Source: Saccostrea echinata (taxonomy: Eukaryota). Taken from it: a stretch of 64,000 bases of DNA. The stretch is from assembly GCF_033153115.1 (NCBI RefSeq), contig NW_026889806.1, positions 5,146,001 to 5,210,000 on the forward strand, read 5' to 3'. A program made the position numbers and the translations under genes. A model generated the notes under the pieces. It was not told the DNA's origin. It saw only the letters and a program-made list of their open reading frames with translations, and ran no database searches. Below, piece by piece: positions 12,432 through 24,840 of the stretch. The stretch's first letter is position 1, and each line of letters starts with the position of its first letter.

Positions 12432-12789
12432 TTAATGATACTTTCACAGAATCTTTTTGATTGAACACATATTTTGCATTTCCAATAGCAAAACATAGAC
12501 ACTGACATTCTTTCTATAACATTTAGGGGTATCCATCTCTTATCCGCAACTCCTCTTATACCGCTTAATAAAATTTAATGATACTTTCCAGAATCTGTTA
12601 CATTGTGCACCTCCTATTCTACTTTTTGATCAGACATATTTCGGGTCTCCCATAGAAAAACATGGACTTTGCCATTATAACATTTACGAGTCGGGGATAT
12701 CATTTTTGTGAGCTCAGTGCTCCCAGTACCTCTAGTCAGAATTGGTTTCTAACATCCAATAAATTGTAAGTACTACAATGTACTGAAAA

Positions 12790-13739
12790 TTTTCAATTTA
12801 TTTCAATTTCATCACAATGGTATAAAATCAAAGAATTTAAAACACTTCTGTGTAACTATTTCACAGAAACTATTCTCTACTACCGACACCATAAAAACAA
12901 GTAAACACGCTGTATTATTGAATATGCTTCATTTTATGAGTGATCATACAATAATATAAATCATGATATATGCATAAAATCCTTGCAATTTAAAACAATG
13001 ATTGCATTTTCACAACAACCTTTAAAGAATTTCCTGCAAGATTTATAAAACTTTAACTAATAAAACAGAAAAAAAAAAAATAGAAGACAGATTAAGAATT
13101 GAGAACAGGTAAAAAGATGGGAAAGTATTAAATAAAACATAAAGGTTGTTGAGGCTTCAAAATAAATTAATGTCACATATAAAAAATTCAACATGCATGA
13201 AATAATTCTGGAAATATTTACAATGATAAAAAATGTTTTCACGTTCAGCCACTGCGGTACCTCTCACACTAAAATAAGCGTCTATTTTTGGTTTGGGACA
13301 TTTACACAAGTGAATCTGCTGCCTGACTATTGCACCGAGTTACTGGGAATATCTGTCACAGGGCGACTTCCACTGTCTGTAGACGATTCAGTGAAGCACT
13401 AACGCGGAATTACTTTGCAGTAGTTACTTTTAAAGTTTGTGTCACACGTACTGTAGAGTTAATGTTGCCAGTGTTAAAGCATAAAACATTTTAAAAACAG
13501 GTGACTTTTCAAAGATTGACTTTTCCTATCACATAACAGTTAAAAAGCAGGTGCTCATTCCAAGAAATCGTCTGTCAGAATAAATGTTGGCAACATTAGC
13601 TGTGCAGTACATGATGACCCAACAGTAAAGCCGCCCTGTACTGGAATCAGTCCATCTTCCCAGATTCTTTCATTATAACACTACTCGATGATAGCTTTAA
13701 TATGAAAGACCTTTGGTATGGCCGTAGAATTATTTTTCT
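12790..13739 (-). promoter_or_regulatory. cyclin A 3' UTR with candidate AATAAA and CPE-like TTTTAT elements
   Basis: AATAAA on the minus strand at ~12797-12802; several TTTTAT (+ strand ATAAAA) between 12822 and 13231. Confidence 0.45.
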
Positions 13740-13803
13740 TTATGACATGTAGGGCAAAGATGAGGGTGGGGGGTGCTTCTGGAAGTCTGAAACCTCATGG
13801 AAC
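13740..13803 (-). CDS. CCNA2: cyclin A exon 9
   Basis: [20 protein letters not shown]. Confidence 0.85.
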
Positions 13804-16800
13804 CTAGGAAAGGAAAGACAATAATGATAAAATATAATCGTATTTCTACTCATATTTATTTGATACAACTATTCGCAGACATGTATACAAAATCACGCTT
13901 TCTCCTTGCCTTAGGCAAGTGGAAAGTCATCTCTGGAAACCTAGTTATTGTGTCAAACTAACAGCTCTGGGAAAGGAATAAAATCTAGAAACAAATCTTT
14001 AATATCTTACTTGAATCAAAATATGAATCAAAACTTCACACAAAAAGGTTAATTTCAATAACTTTGGCAGGTTGAATTTTTAAAATTAGTTTACCACTAT
14101 TTCACAGCCAAAAATAAGATTGGAAAAACGAAAACATAAACAACACGCTAATGCAATAACACTAATCTCAGTAAAATTATGCATGCATAAATATCTCTAA
14201 ACATGAAAACATCTTACATTTATAAAAGAATTAAACACAAACATGTAATGGATTTTGTGTTTTAACATTGATTGAAATGATTGGTGTGTGTGTGTGTGTG
14301 GGGGGGGGGGGGGAACATTGTTCAGAAATGAGCAGTAGTTAATAATGCTCAAGAGTTTTTATAAATCACATTTTATTTTCTCCTATGGGCAGGTGAATTT
14401 AGAAGATGGCTAAGTGAAATTTCAGACATTGCTTTTCCATGGGCTAGTAGCTTGTAATATACAATTATGGAATGGCTAATGGGGAAATAGCATATTTATG
14501 GTTCCCTGAGGAAGGCAACCATTTCCCAAGGCGGCAAAGCTGCCAAGGGAAATAGTTTCCTGCCTCGAGAAACCATAAATTTGCTATTTCTGAGTATCCA
14601 TTCCATAATTGTTTTCTTATACCGAACCAATATAAGGAGATTAACTGAACCAGATACTCAAGATATTTTTAGACAATATAGAGGTATACAAATAAGCACA
14701 AATACATGTAACTAAAATTTTGTTAGATATCTAATGCATCAATATTGAGGAAAATACATTTATGTACAAACACAGCATCGAAATTTTTTCAGGTACCTCA
14801 CCTTGCCAAATTGACAGTAGTGTATTTGGTCACATTTTTTCTTGTCATAACATTTACAGTAATAAAAAAAATTCGGAAGTTCTTTCCTTATTTTGGGCAA
14901 CCAAGTTTTGCATTCGGACAAGTCAAACTTTGAGATCACTTGCCCGAAGGGCAAGTAAATCTGAAAGTTAATGTCTATCCCTGCTATACCCCTGAAGTGC
15001 ACTATACATTAGGAAAGTTTCTTGCTATATTTATTACACAGTGCCAAAATTACTTTCATTTTACAGTTTTATCTTGTCAAAACTTCAGTAAGGCCTTCAA
15101 TAATGTAATTGTTTCTCTGCTTTTTAAATCAATTTATCTGTTGGCTTGATTAAATTACATGTACTTACTTGGAAGTTTTGTATTTTTCTACCAGGGCTTG
15201 CTGGGGATGTTTGTGTGCGTTACAGTAGGTCTGATGAAGTTCTGTCAGACAGCTGGCAAACTGACCAATTTCATACTGGGAAGATTGAGACAGACTGACA
15301 GGCTGTAAAAAATCAAAATGATTACTCCATACAAGTTTCAAAATAACTGAACTACATGTATTTTATTTTACAGTGTGATGTACATTCCACAGTATTTTGT
15401 TTGTCATGCACTTCTCTATTGTTTGAATGTATAGGGTCATAAAAATGAGTTGTTACTAATTCAAAAAAAAAAAACCCACACACACACAATTATTTGAGTA
15501 TTTGCCTTTCAGTTTCCAAAATTTCATTTATTTCAATAGTCTCATAAAACAAGCATGAAATACTATTTTGTGTAACAAGACTTACCCAGGCTTCCTGTCC
15601 CAGGGCGTACCTGGCCAGAAACACAGCTGATGATGCTATCACACTGGGCAGGTATTTCAGGTAAATGTCAGCGTCCACCAGGGTCAACTCAGCCAAAAAC
15701 TGAAAAGTTAGATTCACATTAAATCAAAATCTTTGCACTTTCCTCATAAATGGCATCATTATGAAAATAAGTTCATGTAAACAATATATTAAAAACTTAC
15801 CATGGCTAGAGCCCTTGTCTTTTCATCAGCATCACATTCCTTCAGCAGGTTGTCACAGAACCAGTTGGTGGTGGGTACAGCGACATCAAAAGACAGAACC
15901 TTCAGAACCAGACTCTCCATCCTCAACACCTGGCACAAATAAAACATACAAATTTACAAATTACATTTTCAGTGATTCAAACTTTTATTTAAAGGAGGAG
16001 AAGTGATAAAGAAAACTGCATTTTTATCAAAGGTTTCTCTTAGGTAATTTAACTAATTAATTTAACTAATTCAAGTTCAAAATGTACCATCAGCTCACTA
16101 TTTAAGCATGGCATGTCAGGTGAACTTATAACTGATAAGTATTGTAACAAAATAACTATCTTTGGGGTACCTGACACGATGTTAGTAATTTTTTTCAATC
16201 TTCTGAGTCAAATACTTCTTGTATTCGTGACAAAAAAATATCTGTATGTCAAGACACACAGTCAACTACTAATTTTTCTGTGACTGTCGCATGCATAGTA
16301 AGCAGAAACATCGAAATGGTAATTCTAATGTTTCTCTGCCTTGTCAGCTTATGTGGATTGGCTACTCCCTATGCATTAATTGTATTTACTAATGTTTATG
16401 TTCATTAAGATATTTTTAAAATAAACAGTACCTGTTTCTTGGTGTAAGTGTCATCTGTGATGTAAGAAAACTCTCCCACATCTGGAGGATAGATTTCCTC
16501 GTACTTCCTACAAATACCAGAACACTCAATTATAAACTAACTCAGCACTTCTTGACCATGAAATAAATAAATAGTGAAATCTAGAATCATGTCTTGCTGA
16601 CAAACTTACGATGCTAGGAACATGCTGGCAGCTCCCACAAGTTGGAGTTTGCTTCGTTGGACAGACATCTGCGAGAGGAACCTGTCGATGTAGTTAACGG
16701 CTAGGAACAATGTCTCCCTGTGGAGCTTGTATTCCTCCGATACCTCCACCATCCAGTCTACCAGAATGCTGCGCATCGAGTTGGTGATATCCTGCTGCTT

Positions 16801-17875
16801 CTTCATGTACCCAGGCTTAGGCCGGTTCTTCAGCTTTATTTAACACAATACAAGTTACTGTACAAGTTTACAATGAAATAAAATTCTTTTTTAAAGAAAG
16901 ATCTAAACTTTAAAAGTAAAACATGTTTTTTTGTTCAATACCATTATTTATATTTACTTCAAAACAAAATGGACAATGTATCTTTTTTTTTAAATAGGTT
17001 AATTATGGGCATACCTCTGCCTCTCTGAGGTAGGAATAGATTTCTTTAGCATACTCTGGGACAGTGGTTATAATGGATTCTCTGTCAAGAGGTCTAGTCT
17101 CTTCAATTTCTTCTATTGTGGAATCCAAAACCATTGGTGAATCTGAAAATATAGTCAAGCAAGATTTTTATGTAATAAAACTTGTCTATCTATTAAAATT
17201 TACTCCATTATAAAGCAAAGAATATTAGTCTGTTTCATAAACAATGTTGTAATTTATTTTTCTTACCAAATTCCACATCTTGGCATACTGCCCCATCTTC
17301 TGTGGCTGTTGAGATGGGTCCCAGTGGAGGTCGGACCAATGATGTGATGTCACAGAGTGTGGCAGCGGGTTTTGTCACATTTGTAGACCTGGTCACCGCT
17401 TTCAGTGGTTGTCTGGCAGGTTGCTCTTCAACAAAGATGGAAAATGGCTTGTTCTCTTGGCCTCCAAATATCTTTGCTGGTTTGACAAATGCGTTCTCAT
17501 CTTGACCAACATTTTCTACTCCAGTCTATGAAAAATATGATTTCTTTGTTTCAATTGGCTTAATTGGTAATTCAAAGTTTCACCTTTTGCAATTTTTGAA
17601 CGTTGATTTTAATTTCATAGGCAGAGTGTATGTTTTTATAAATTATGTTTTGGTCATTCTATTTTTGGTGAAAAGGATTCAAATTTTTGAATTTTCAAAC
17701 ATACCTTTGCTGCCCTGGACGGCTGGACCCGTATGTTGTTTGATATACTTCCAAGTGCTGCCCTTTTTGGTGCATTTCTTGTAGTCAGACCAGTGTTCAC
17801 TTGTTTTACACGCCTTGGTCCAAGATTCTCCGCATCTTCACGGTTTACGTTATTTCCAAACACAAACGAAGACAT
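13740..17875 (-). CDS. CCNA2: cyclin A (G2/mitotic-specific cyclin A), 9 coding exons, 432 aa
   Basis: Exons 17705-17875, 17267-17525, 17015-17142, 16610-16833, 16432-16507, 15801-15929, 15586-15699, 15169-15302 and 13740-13803, all GT-AG and phase-compatible (1299 nt). D-box RAALGSISN; cyclin box [16 protein letters not shown]...KYEEIYPP. Confidence 0.97.
14460..14612. repeat. long imperfect palindrome (hairpin-type element)
   Basis: ACAATTATGGAATGG..GAAATAGCA..TTTATGGTT mirrored by AACCATAAA..TGCTATTTC..CCATTCCATAATTGT. Confidence 0.7.
15169..15302 (-). CDS. CCNA2: cyclin A exon 8
   Basis: [44 protein letters not shown]. Confidence 0.92.
15586..15699 (-). CDS. CCNA2: cyclin A exon 7
   Basis: [38 protein letters not shown]. 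Confidence 0.95.
15801..15929 (-). CDS. CCNA2: cyclin A exon 6
   Basis: [43 protein letters not shown]. Confidence 0.95.
16432..16507 (-). CDS. CCNA2: cyclin A exon 5
   Basis: [25 protein letters not shown]. Confidence 0.96.
16610..16833 (-). CDS. CCNA2: cyclin A exon 4 (cyclin box)
   Basis: [54 protein letters not shown]... Confidence 0.97.
17015..17142 (-). CDS. CCNA2: cyclin A exon 3
   Basis: [42 protein letters not shown]. Confidence 0.93.
17267..17525 (-). CDS. CCNA2: cyclin A exon 2
   Basis: [34 protein letters not shown]...; open frame, phase 0 to 1. Confidence 0.9.
17705..17875 (-). CDS. CCNA2: cyclin A exon 1 (destruction box)
   Basis: [57 protein letters not shown]|gtat. Confidence 0.9.
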
Positions 17876-18029
17876 CACTTGGCAGCTATTGTTCGAGCGA
17901 AAAGGAGAAATATATTGGATATACTTCTCAAATCTAGCGAAATAAACAAAGTTGCATTGACGCAAGTCTTTGTGTGCAGTGAAGACGGCGAAAAACCGTG
18001 CAAAGCTGATTCTACGTGCAAGCCTCAAA

Positions 18030-18130
18030 ATGTATTTGAACTGCTCTTGGTTTTACAGCTGAGCGTGAAATGAACTTAAAGCGAGGCAAGCTCGTTAAAT
18101 TCCCCGCTAGGTTAAATTGTCCAATCGCAA
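18030..18130 (-). promoter_or_regulatory. candidate cyclin A core promoter (CHR-like, E2F/CDE-like, CCAAT)
   Basis: TTTGAA at 18035-18040, TTCCCCGC at ~18100-18107 and CCAAT at 18121-18125, in a CpG-richer stretch upstream of the ATG. Confidence 0.4.
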
Positions 18131-18998
18131 TCTAGCATTTCTAGGTCACATGATACACAAGGTTTGCTTTCGGAATATTTCGTCACGGACTATATCGTAC
18201 CGTAGAAATAAAAGGTGTAGAAGAATATCGAAAAACTTGACAACTATCGATCCCGAACCAAATATTATATAGGCCCTGTTTATAAAAAGAATTATAAAAA
18301 GAAGTCTTTTCATAAATATCATGACTATCTGTTATTTTTGCGGAGTTAGTAAATAAATCGGTTATTATTTAAAATTGTTGATATCTTTGAAACGCGATTG
18401 ATTTAAATTGTGTAATTTACAGAAAAGTCCTATCTTTATATAAAGTAATAAAACAAGTAGGAAATAAATCTTTTAATTTTAGTTATCTGAACTTATAAAA
18501 AACACGCCATATATGGCTTTAAATTTATGCTGCTAGATTTTGTTGGCTAAATTACAAAACAAAATCTAGCATGCAATCCAATGCAAAAATGTAATCTGAT
18601 TAAATAAGACCTTCACTCGCTTCTTCCTATTTTGATTGTCGTAACAATCAAGAAGAACAGAAGCAAAGAAAGGACTGATTTTAATCAGACTGAGAAGTAG
18701 AGTGCAATATTCTTATATAATTAAGTCAATTAAACGTAACACATCAGAGTAATCAATATAGTGAATGTAATTATATATGCTTATTATAACATAAATATTT
18801 TCCGATAGCACAAAGTTGCTTTACATTTTATAAGATTAGAAGTTGAATTAATTTAATAGTCAATTAATATAAATGCTGCATGTTAAATAATTTATTTATT
18901 GATTTTACCAAACATGTTGGCAAACAGTCACACAAAACATAATATAAAGACTAGGATGTGAAAAATCAATATGGTGCACCATATCACAAGTTTAAATC

Positions 18999-19097
18999 CA
19001 ACCTGATTAAAATCAGATTTCTAAGATCCGCGCCGTATACACTCTGCGCAGAGTGTTTACGGCGCGGATCTAAGAAGTCTGATTTTAATTAGATTAA
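18999..19097. repeat. near-perfect ~95-bp palindrome (MITE-like)
   Basis: TAAAATCAGATTTCTAAGATCCGCGCCGTATACACTCTGC|GCAGAGTGTTTACGGCGCGGATCTAAGAAGTCTGATTTTA; related termini at 18592-18692. Confidence 0.8.
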
Positions 19098-20013
19098 GTT
19101 TATATCATGGCTATTATACATATTGTAATCTTTAAAGCACTTATATTCACATTATTTCCTAGCTTGGACAACACAATTAGATAATTAACTATACATACGG
19201 TTTTACTTCAATATACTATATTTTTTTAATCATCAATTGATAACACACTGTGCTCAGTTTCACTGTTGTATAACGTTTGACGATACAATAAATTCTGTTG
19301 AAAGTTTAACACTGTATTTAAACAGGGACCTATAGTATATATAGTATATAGGTCCCTGATTTAAATACAAGTTTCGTAGGAAGCAATTTTAGTCGGGCCG
19401 GGGTGGGTTGGAGTGAGAGTACCTAAGAGAAATTTTTCACAAGCAAGCCAAAAAAAAAAAAAAAAAAAAAGAGTCAACAGACGTTGTTTTTGAGGGGAGG
19501 GGGATCGTAAATTAGATTTGTTTTTCTAACGTATATGATTTGCTGCCATAATTATTGAAAGGGTACAATTGTAAAATAGCTTTTCCCATTGGTTCAAGTT
19601 CAAGTTCATTTATTCACTCAAAACCATCTAAAATATATGGTACACGAGGACAATGAAAAATATTTACAACATATAAATTCCGGTCAGAGGTACAAGTATT
19701 TGATATACTTATTACTTATGAACTTGAACTTGCTGCCATAATTATTGAAAGGGCACAATTGTAAAATAGCCTTTCCCATTGGAAAGTACGAGTATATACA
19801 GGCAACATTATTATTCCCCGGTTTAAACTACGACCCTGAATAAAATATGAACAATCTAATTAACACGCTTTCTCCAGAATGGAATTTTGATTAATATATA
19901 TAAACTTGAATTATATTGCAACGTAACATTCAATATATAATCACAGAGGTGTATTTTTAGACATGTACGTACGTATATTGTGAAAAAAACACACACGCAC
20001 ACACACAGAGATA

Positions 20014-20062
<49 letters not shown>

Positions 20063-20112
20063 CATGAAAATACAATTTCTCAGACAAAAAAGTTATGTAC
20101 CGGAAATTATTT

Positions 20113-20344
20113 CAGGCCCGTAGCAACGGTTTCAAAAGTGGGGGGGGGGGACAACTTCCCAAATAAACTGACAAGGACCCCCTCAAAAAAAGCTAATTTA
20201 CTGTACAAATCCTACAATTTGCCAGTACTCGACCTTACAACGTCAAAAAAGGGGGGGGGGGGCAACCAGCATCTAAAGGAAAATTTACTATAGCAAAATA
20301 CTATACTCAGAAAATAAGTGCCACCCCCGCGTTCTACGGGCCTG
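20113..20344. mobile_element. MITE with 5-bp TSD
   Basis: TIR CAGGCCCGTAG / CTACGGGCCTG; TSD TATTT on both sides; poly-G tracts. Confidence 0.75.
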
Positions 20345-21024
20345 TATTTTGACATGTTAATTCACATAAAGGTAATTAAGAAATGCATGATTTTTTGGAG
20401 TATATGTCAATGCAATGTGTATATTATATTTATGGAAAGTTCTATTTTTATGATTGGTGACCAATTAATAAACAAGTACAGACACCCAGGGTCCCAGTAT
20501 TGACACAAACAGGAAATATACTCCCAGATGTGCGAACACGACTGATCTCGTGCTGTGAGATGTATTTTTTCCCGTACCAATTTTACTGTCCACATCAAAG
20601 ACTATGCACTTAAAATAATTGTTAATAAAGCCAGGTAAGTCCTATTGAGTTACACCTGTCTGGCGAACGTTATTGTATCCCAGCATGCGGCTGCTTACGC
20701 GTGTTGCTCGATTATACAGTACTGTACACCACGGGCATTTTGTTATTCTAATACGGGGTTATAAAATCAGTTCCCACACCTATACACATAAAGTACATGT
20801 ATAAACAATTCAGCTTGGCACGGTGGATCATCATGCTTATTGTTGAACCTCTTAACCTTTTCTTAATACGCAAAATTAATTTATACTTCTTAAGCAATTT
20901 TAGATGCAGAAGATGGGAGCGAGGAGGTCTAGATCACATTAATTTATTTTAACTTTCATGTTTTTTGAAGTTAGAATGATTCGGACACCTCCTTCGACGA
21001 CTTTAATTTAAGATTCTGTGATAC

Positions 21025-21260
21025 CAGGCCCGTAGGAAGCAATTTCACTTTGAGGGGGCACAACCATACATTTTTAGTTGGGGGGGGGGCACAATCAACT
21101 ACCAAAAATTCTTTGACAAGCAAAAAAAAAAGTCATCAGACGTTATTATTGAGGGGGCACAAGCATGCAGTAGCTATGTTTTCTATAGTATTCTATACAT
21201 CGGCAAAATTATGGGGGCACGCCCCCCGTGCCCCCCCCCCCCCCGGTTCCTACGGCCATG
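21025..21260. mobile_element. MITE with 5-bp TSD
   Basis: TIR CAGGCCCGTAGGAA / TTCCTACGGCCATG; TSD GATAC on both sides. Confidence 0.75.
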
Positions 21261-21545
21261 GATACAGAAATGATTGGTTTGAACAAATTTTATTGTAATT
21301 TATAAATACAATGGGATTGAGCACAAGTTCTGAAAACTTATTAAGCCCTCTCCCTACATGTAAATTACACATTTAAATCGTCACAGTTAAACATGAAGTT
21401 TTAAAGTATACAATATTTGCAAAAGTTTACAAATCGATGCATTTTGCTGATATATAGATACACTTAATTTTGTACAAATCATATACTGATACATTAATTA
21501 ATGCTAACAAGGAAATCTACCAGAATGTTTAATAAATGTTTGAAC

Positions 21546-24500
21546 AAATTGAATTGAATTGAACATATTTTATTGACAAAGTCAAAAGGATCGGACACAA
21601 GTTCAGAAACTTAGATAGTCTTCTCCTGGTACAACATTTTGTAAAATTGCCAAAATAAAAACATATATACATATGGTCTACTACATATACATCGTAGTAA
21701 TAGAAAGAACAAAAATAAGTTCTTTAAGTGTACAAGTATAATTTGAATTGGTAAGAAGAGAAAAAAAAAAGAAAAAAAGTAAGCCTATTTTGAAAAACGG
21801 CCACATTCATTTAAGAAAGTTTGAATAATTTTGAAAAGTTCAGCATTTTGTTCAATAGTAAGAGAATCATCGCCCCATAGCATTAAATGTACATCTATAA
21901 CATATAAATAATTAAATGACAATAGCTTATTCATTAAGGAATTCCTTGCTTTTACATAATACTTACAAGCAAAAAACAAATGATATGCATCTTCTAGTAG
22001 TCCACAAGAACAATTAGGACTGGTTATTAGGTTACAGCAATATAAGTCAGAATTTAAAATACAATTATGTCTTAATCTTGTATGAATTATGTTCAAAAAC
22101 CTTTTTCCATATGAAAAATATTTCTGAGATTTTACAATACTGTTGTGCAGATAGTTTTTAAAGATTTTGATAGAAGTTGCCTCCCTTGTTTTAAGACTAA
22201 GGGAATTCCACTTTCTAACAGTATCAGGAATAAATGATTTATTATATAGTTCTAATCTGTATTTTGGCAAAGAATAATTTAAGGAATTCCTAATAGTGTA
22301 TCCTGAAATATTGCCTCTTGTATCAGGTACTAAATTTTGTAAATAATTAGGTACTAAATTATTGTGCATTTTATACATTGTTATTAGTTTTGCTCTGTTT
22401 CTTCTGTATTCCAACGGTTCCCAACCTGTTTCCAAATATAATGAATTTCTTGAAGCAATAATTGTAAGCCCAGTAACTATTCTTGCAGCAAATAATTGTA
22501 CTTTTTCAAGATTCTCAATGTCTGTTTTTGTGCATCCAGACCAAACTTCAATAGCATATTCAAGTTGTGGTCTAATAAAAGATATATACATCTGGGATAG
22601 AATATCTCTTGACACAGTAAATTTTAGTTTTTTAAGAAGCCCCCGTTTTTGTATGCTTTCTTTATAATGATATCAATATGATCAGACCATCCTAAATTGG
22701 ACGACAGAAGTATCCCAAGATGTTTGTGTTCTGTAACATATTCCAATTGGCAATTGTCACAAAATAATTTAGGAAACTGCTGCACATTTTTTGAATTAAA
22801 AAATACAGCTTTGATTTTCTGTGGGTTAAATTTCAATAACCATTTCTTTGAACATTCATCTAGTATTCTAAGATCATGGTTAAGATTTTGTTCAATATGA
22901 TTAATATTATCTGAACATTGTTGTAAGGAATTATCATCAGCATATAATCTACAAACAGATATCATATTTTCAGCCACATCATTTACATACAATAAAAATA
23001 ACAAGGGACTGAGTACTGAGCCCTGAGGAACTCCAGCTTTTACATGTCCTACAGAGGAAAAGTGATTTCTATACATGACTTGTTGTGTTCTATTGCTTAA
23101 ATAACTATCAAACCAATCTAGCGTATCACCATTGATTCCATACATTTTTAGTTTGTAAATTAAGCCTTTATGCCAGACTCTATCAAATGCCTTGGATAAA
23201 TCACAAAACACCATACAACAGAATTCACCTTCATCAATATTTTTTGCTATAGAATGGTATGTTTCTAAAAGTTGATATACTGCATGTGGAATGACCTGGT
23301 AAAAAACCTGCTTGATATTTATAAAATATATTATGTGAATACAAGAAATTGTATACATGTTTAAAAATGATTCTTTCAAAAATTTTGCTTATGCAGCTCA
23401 GCAAAGAAACTGGTCTATAATTTGTAGTGATGGAAGGGTCATCTTTCTTAAATAGTGGAAGAACATGTGCTAGTTTCCAGCAGTCTGGAAAAGTTTTTAG
23501 TGTTAGGGATTTGTTGAATAGTGATACACAAAGGTTTTGAGATAGTGTCTTTGCAAGATTTTAACATTTTATGGCTGATGCAATCAGGACCAACTGCTTC
23601 ATTAACAGGAATAATAAAAATTAAATCAATAATTTCCTGTTCTTGTATTTTTATATCCGGAAAATTATCCTTACATCTAGACACTATATTTGGGAGCTCC
23701 TGATTACTGTCATCTAAGACTGTGATTGATGTGAAATATTTGTTCAATAGTTCAATTTTATCTATGTCTGAAAATGCAAAACTTTCAGTGCCATTGTTGG
23801 CTGTAAACTGAATAGGTGGAATTTCATTTGTTGGTTTAATGTGAAAGGTGTCTTTCAGTAACTTCCAGTATAGTTTTTGATTGTTCAGACTAGCATCCTT
23901 AAGATGAGAATCTATATTGTCATAAAAGTTTTTGATAGCATATTTTCTCATGTTATTAAACTTATTCCTTACCTTCCGAAAAGTTTCCAAATCAGATTCT
24001 CTTTTTGTTTTTTGTGCCATTTTTCTTAGCCTATTGCGGAATACGCAAAGTTTTCTTTAGAAGAGAATCCATCCATGGTTTATCGTTTGGCCTTATGGTT
24101 ACAGTTTTTTCGGGTACGCATTGGTGAGTAATAGAATTAAATTTTTCCGTGAAGTTTGCTGTTGCAGTATTAATGTTTTCTGTAGCATCAATAAGGCTAT
24201 TCCAGTCACATTGTAGGATTAAATCATTAAGAAGTTCTAAATCTGCATGCTTATAGTTCCAAATTTTACGTTTATATGCCGCATTAACATTGGTATTCTG
24301 GTGAATATATATATAAGTTGCTCTATGATCACTAACTGTATTACTAACTTTTAATGTTCCAGAATCATGTACATGTATATTGTCACTAATAATGATAGGA
24401 TCTATAAGGGTTTCTGTATTGTAAGTAATTCTTGTAGGTTCATGTATGATATTTGTTAATCTACAGCTGTTCATAATTGTAAGAATCTCATGTGAGTTGT

Positions 24501-24840
24501 TAACTTTTAAGAAATCAGTGTTAAGGTCACCAAGTACTACAATATTGCTGGAGATATCACAAGTTTTTCAAAGGACCAAGATAGTTTTTGCCAGAAGACA
24601 CTATTAGTGTGTGGTGGCCGATAAATACAGCATATAAGTAGATTTCCCTTTACTTGTGGTATTTCTATCCAAATGAGTTCAGTGTCAATGGGTTCTAAAT
24701 CTTCTCTTCGACTAGCCTTAATTAAATTTGAAACATAAATCATTACACCTCCACCATAAGAATTGCGATCTTTTCTGAAAATATTCTTAAAACCTTCTAT
24801 GAACAAACTTTCATTTGTAACATGTGTGTCTAAATGAGTG
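21546..24840 (-). mobile_element. decayed non-LTR retrotransposon (CR1/L2 group), ORF2 endonuclease + reverse transcriptase + 3' UTR
   Basis: Frameshifted ORFs 24537-24806 (RKDR..GGGV, YRPP), 24031-24474 (PTR, SDH), 23448-24020, 22624-23379 (DLSKAFD, GVPQGS, YADD) and 21785-22615. AATAAA plus a (TTCAA)n tail at ~21546-21574. Confidence 0.93.

Larger units (their letters stand above)
8893..12736 (+). mobile_element. HINE-type element hosting two nested insertions
   Basis: 5' TTATATCCCC plus GTCT/ATCC microsatellite; 3' GGGGATAT, hairpin GTGAGC..GCTC, then CTAGT. The internal repeat CCATCTCTTATCCGCAACTCC occurs at 10879 and ~12533. Confidence 0.65.

Noticed and set aside
17876-18028. N-terminal extension of cyclin A in the ORF track
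   Set aside because: The ORF opens on a non-ATG codon; the first in-frame ATG is at 17875 and gives a normal-sized cyclin A.
20480-20645. CAG|GTAAGT at ~20632-20640 as a possible first exon of a divergent gene
   Set aside because: No downstream exon or frame support in the window.
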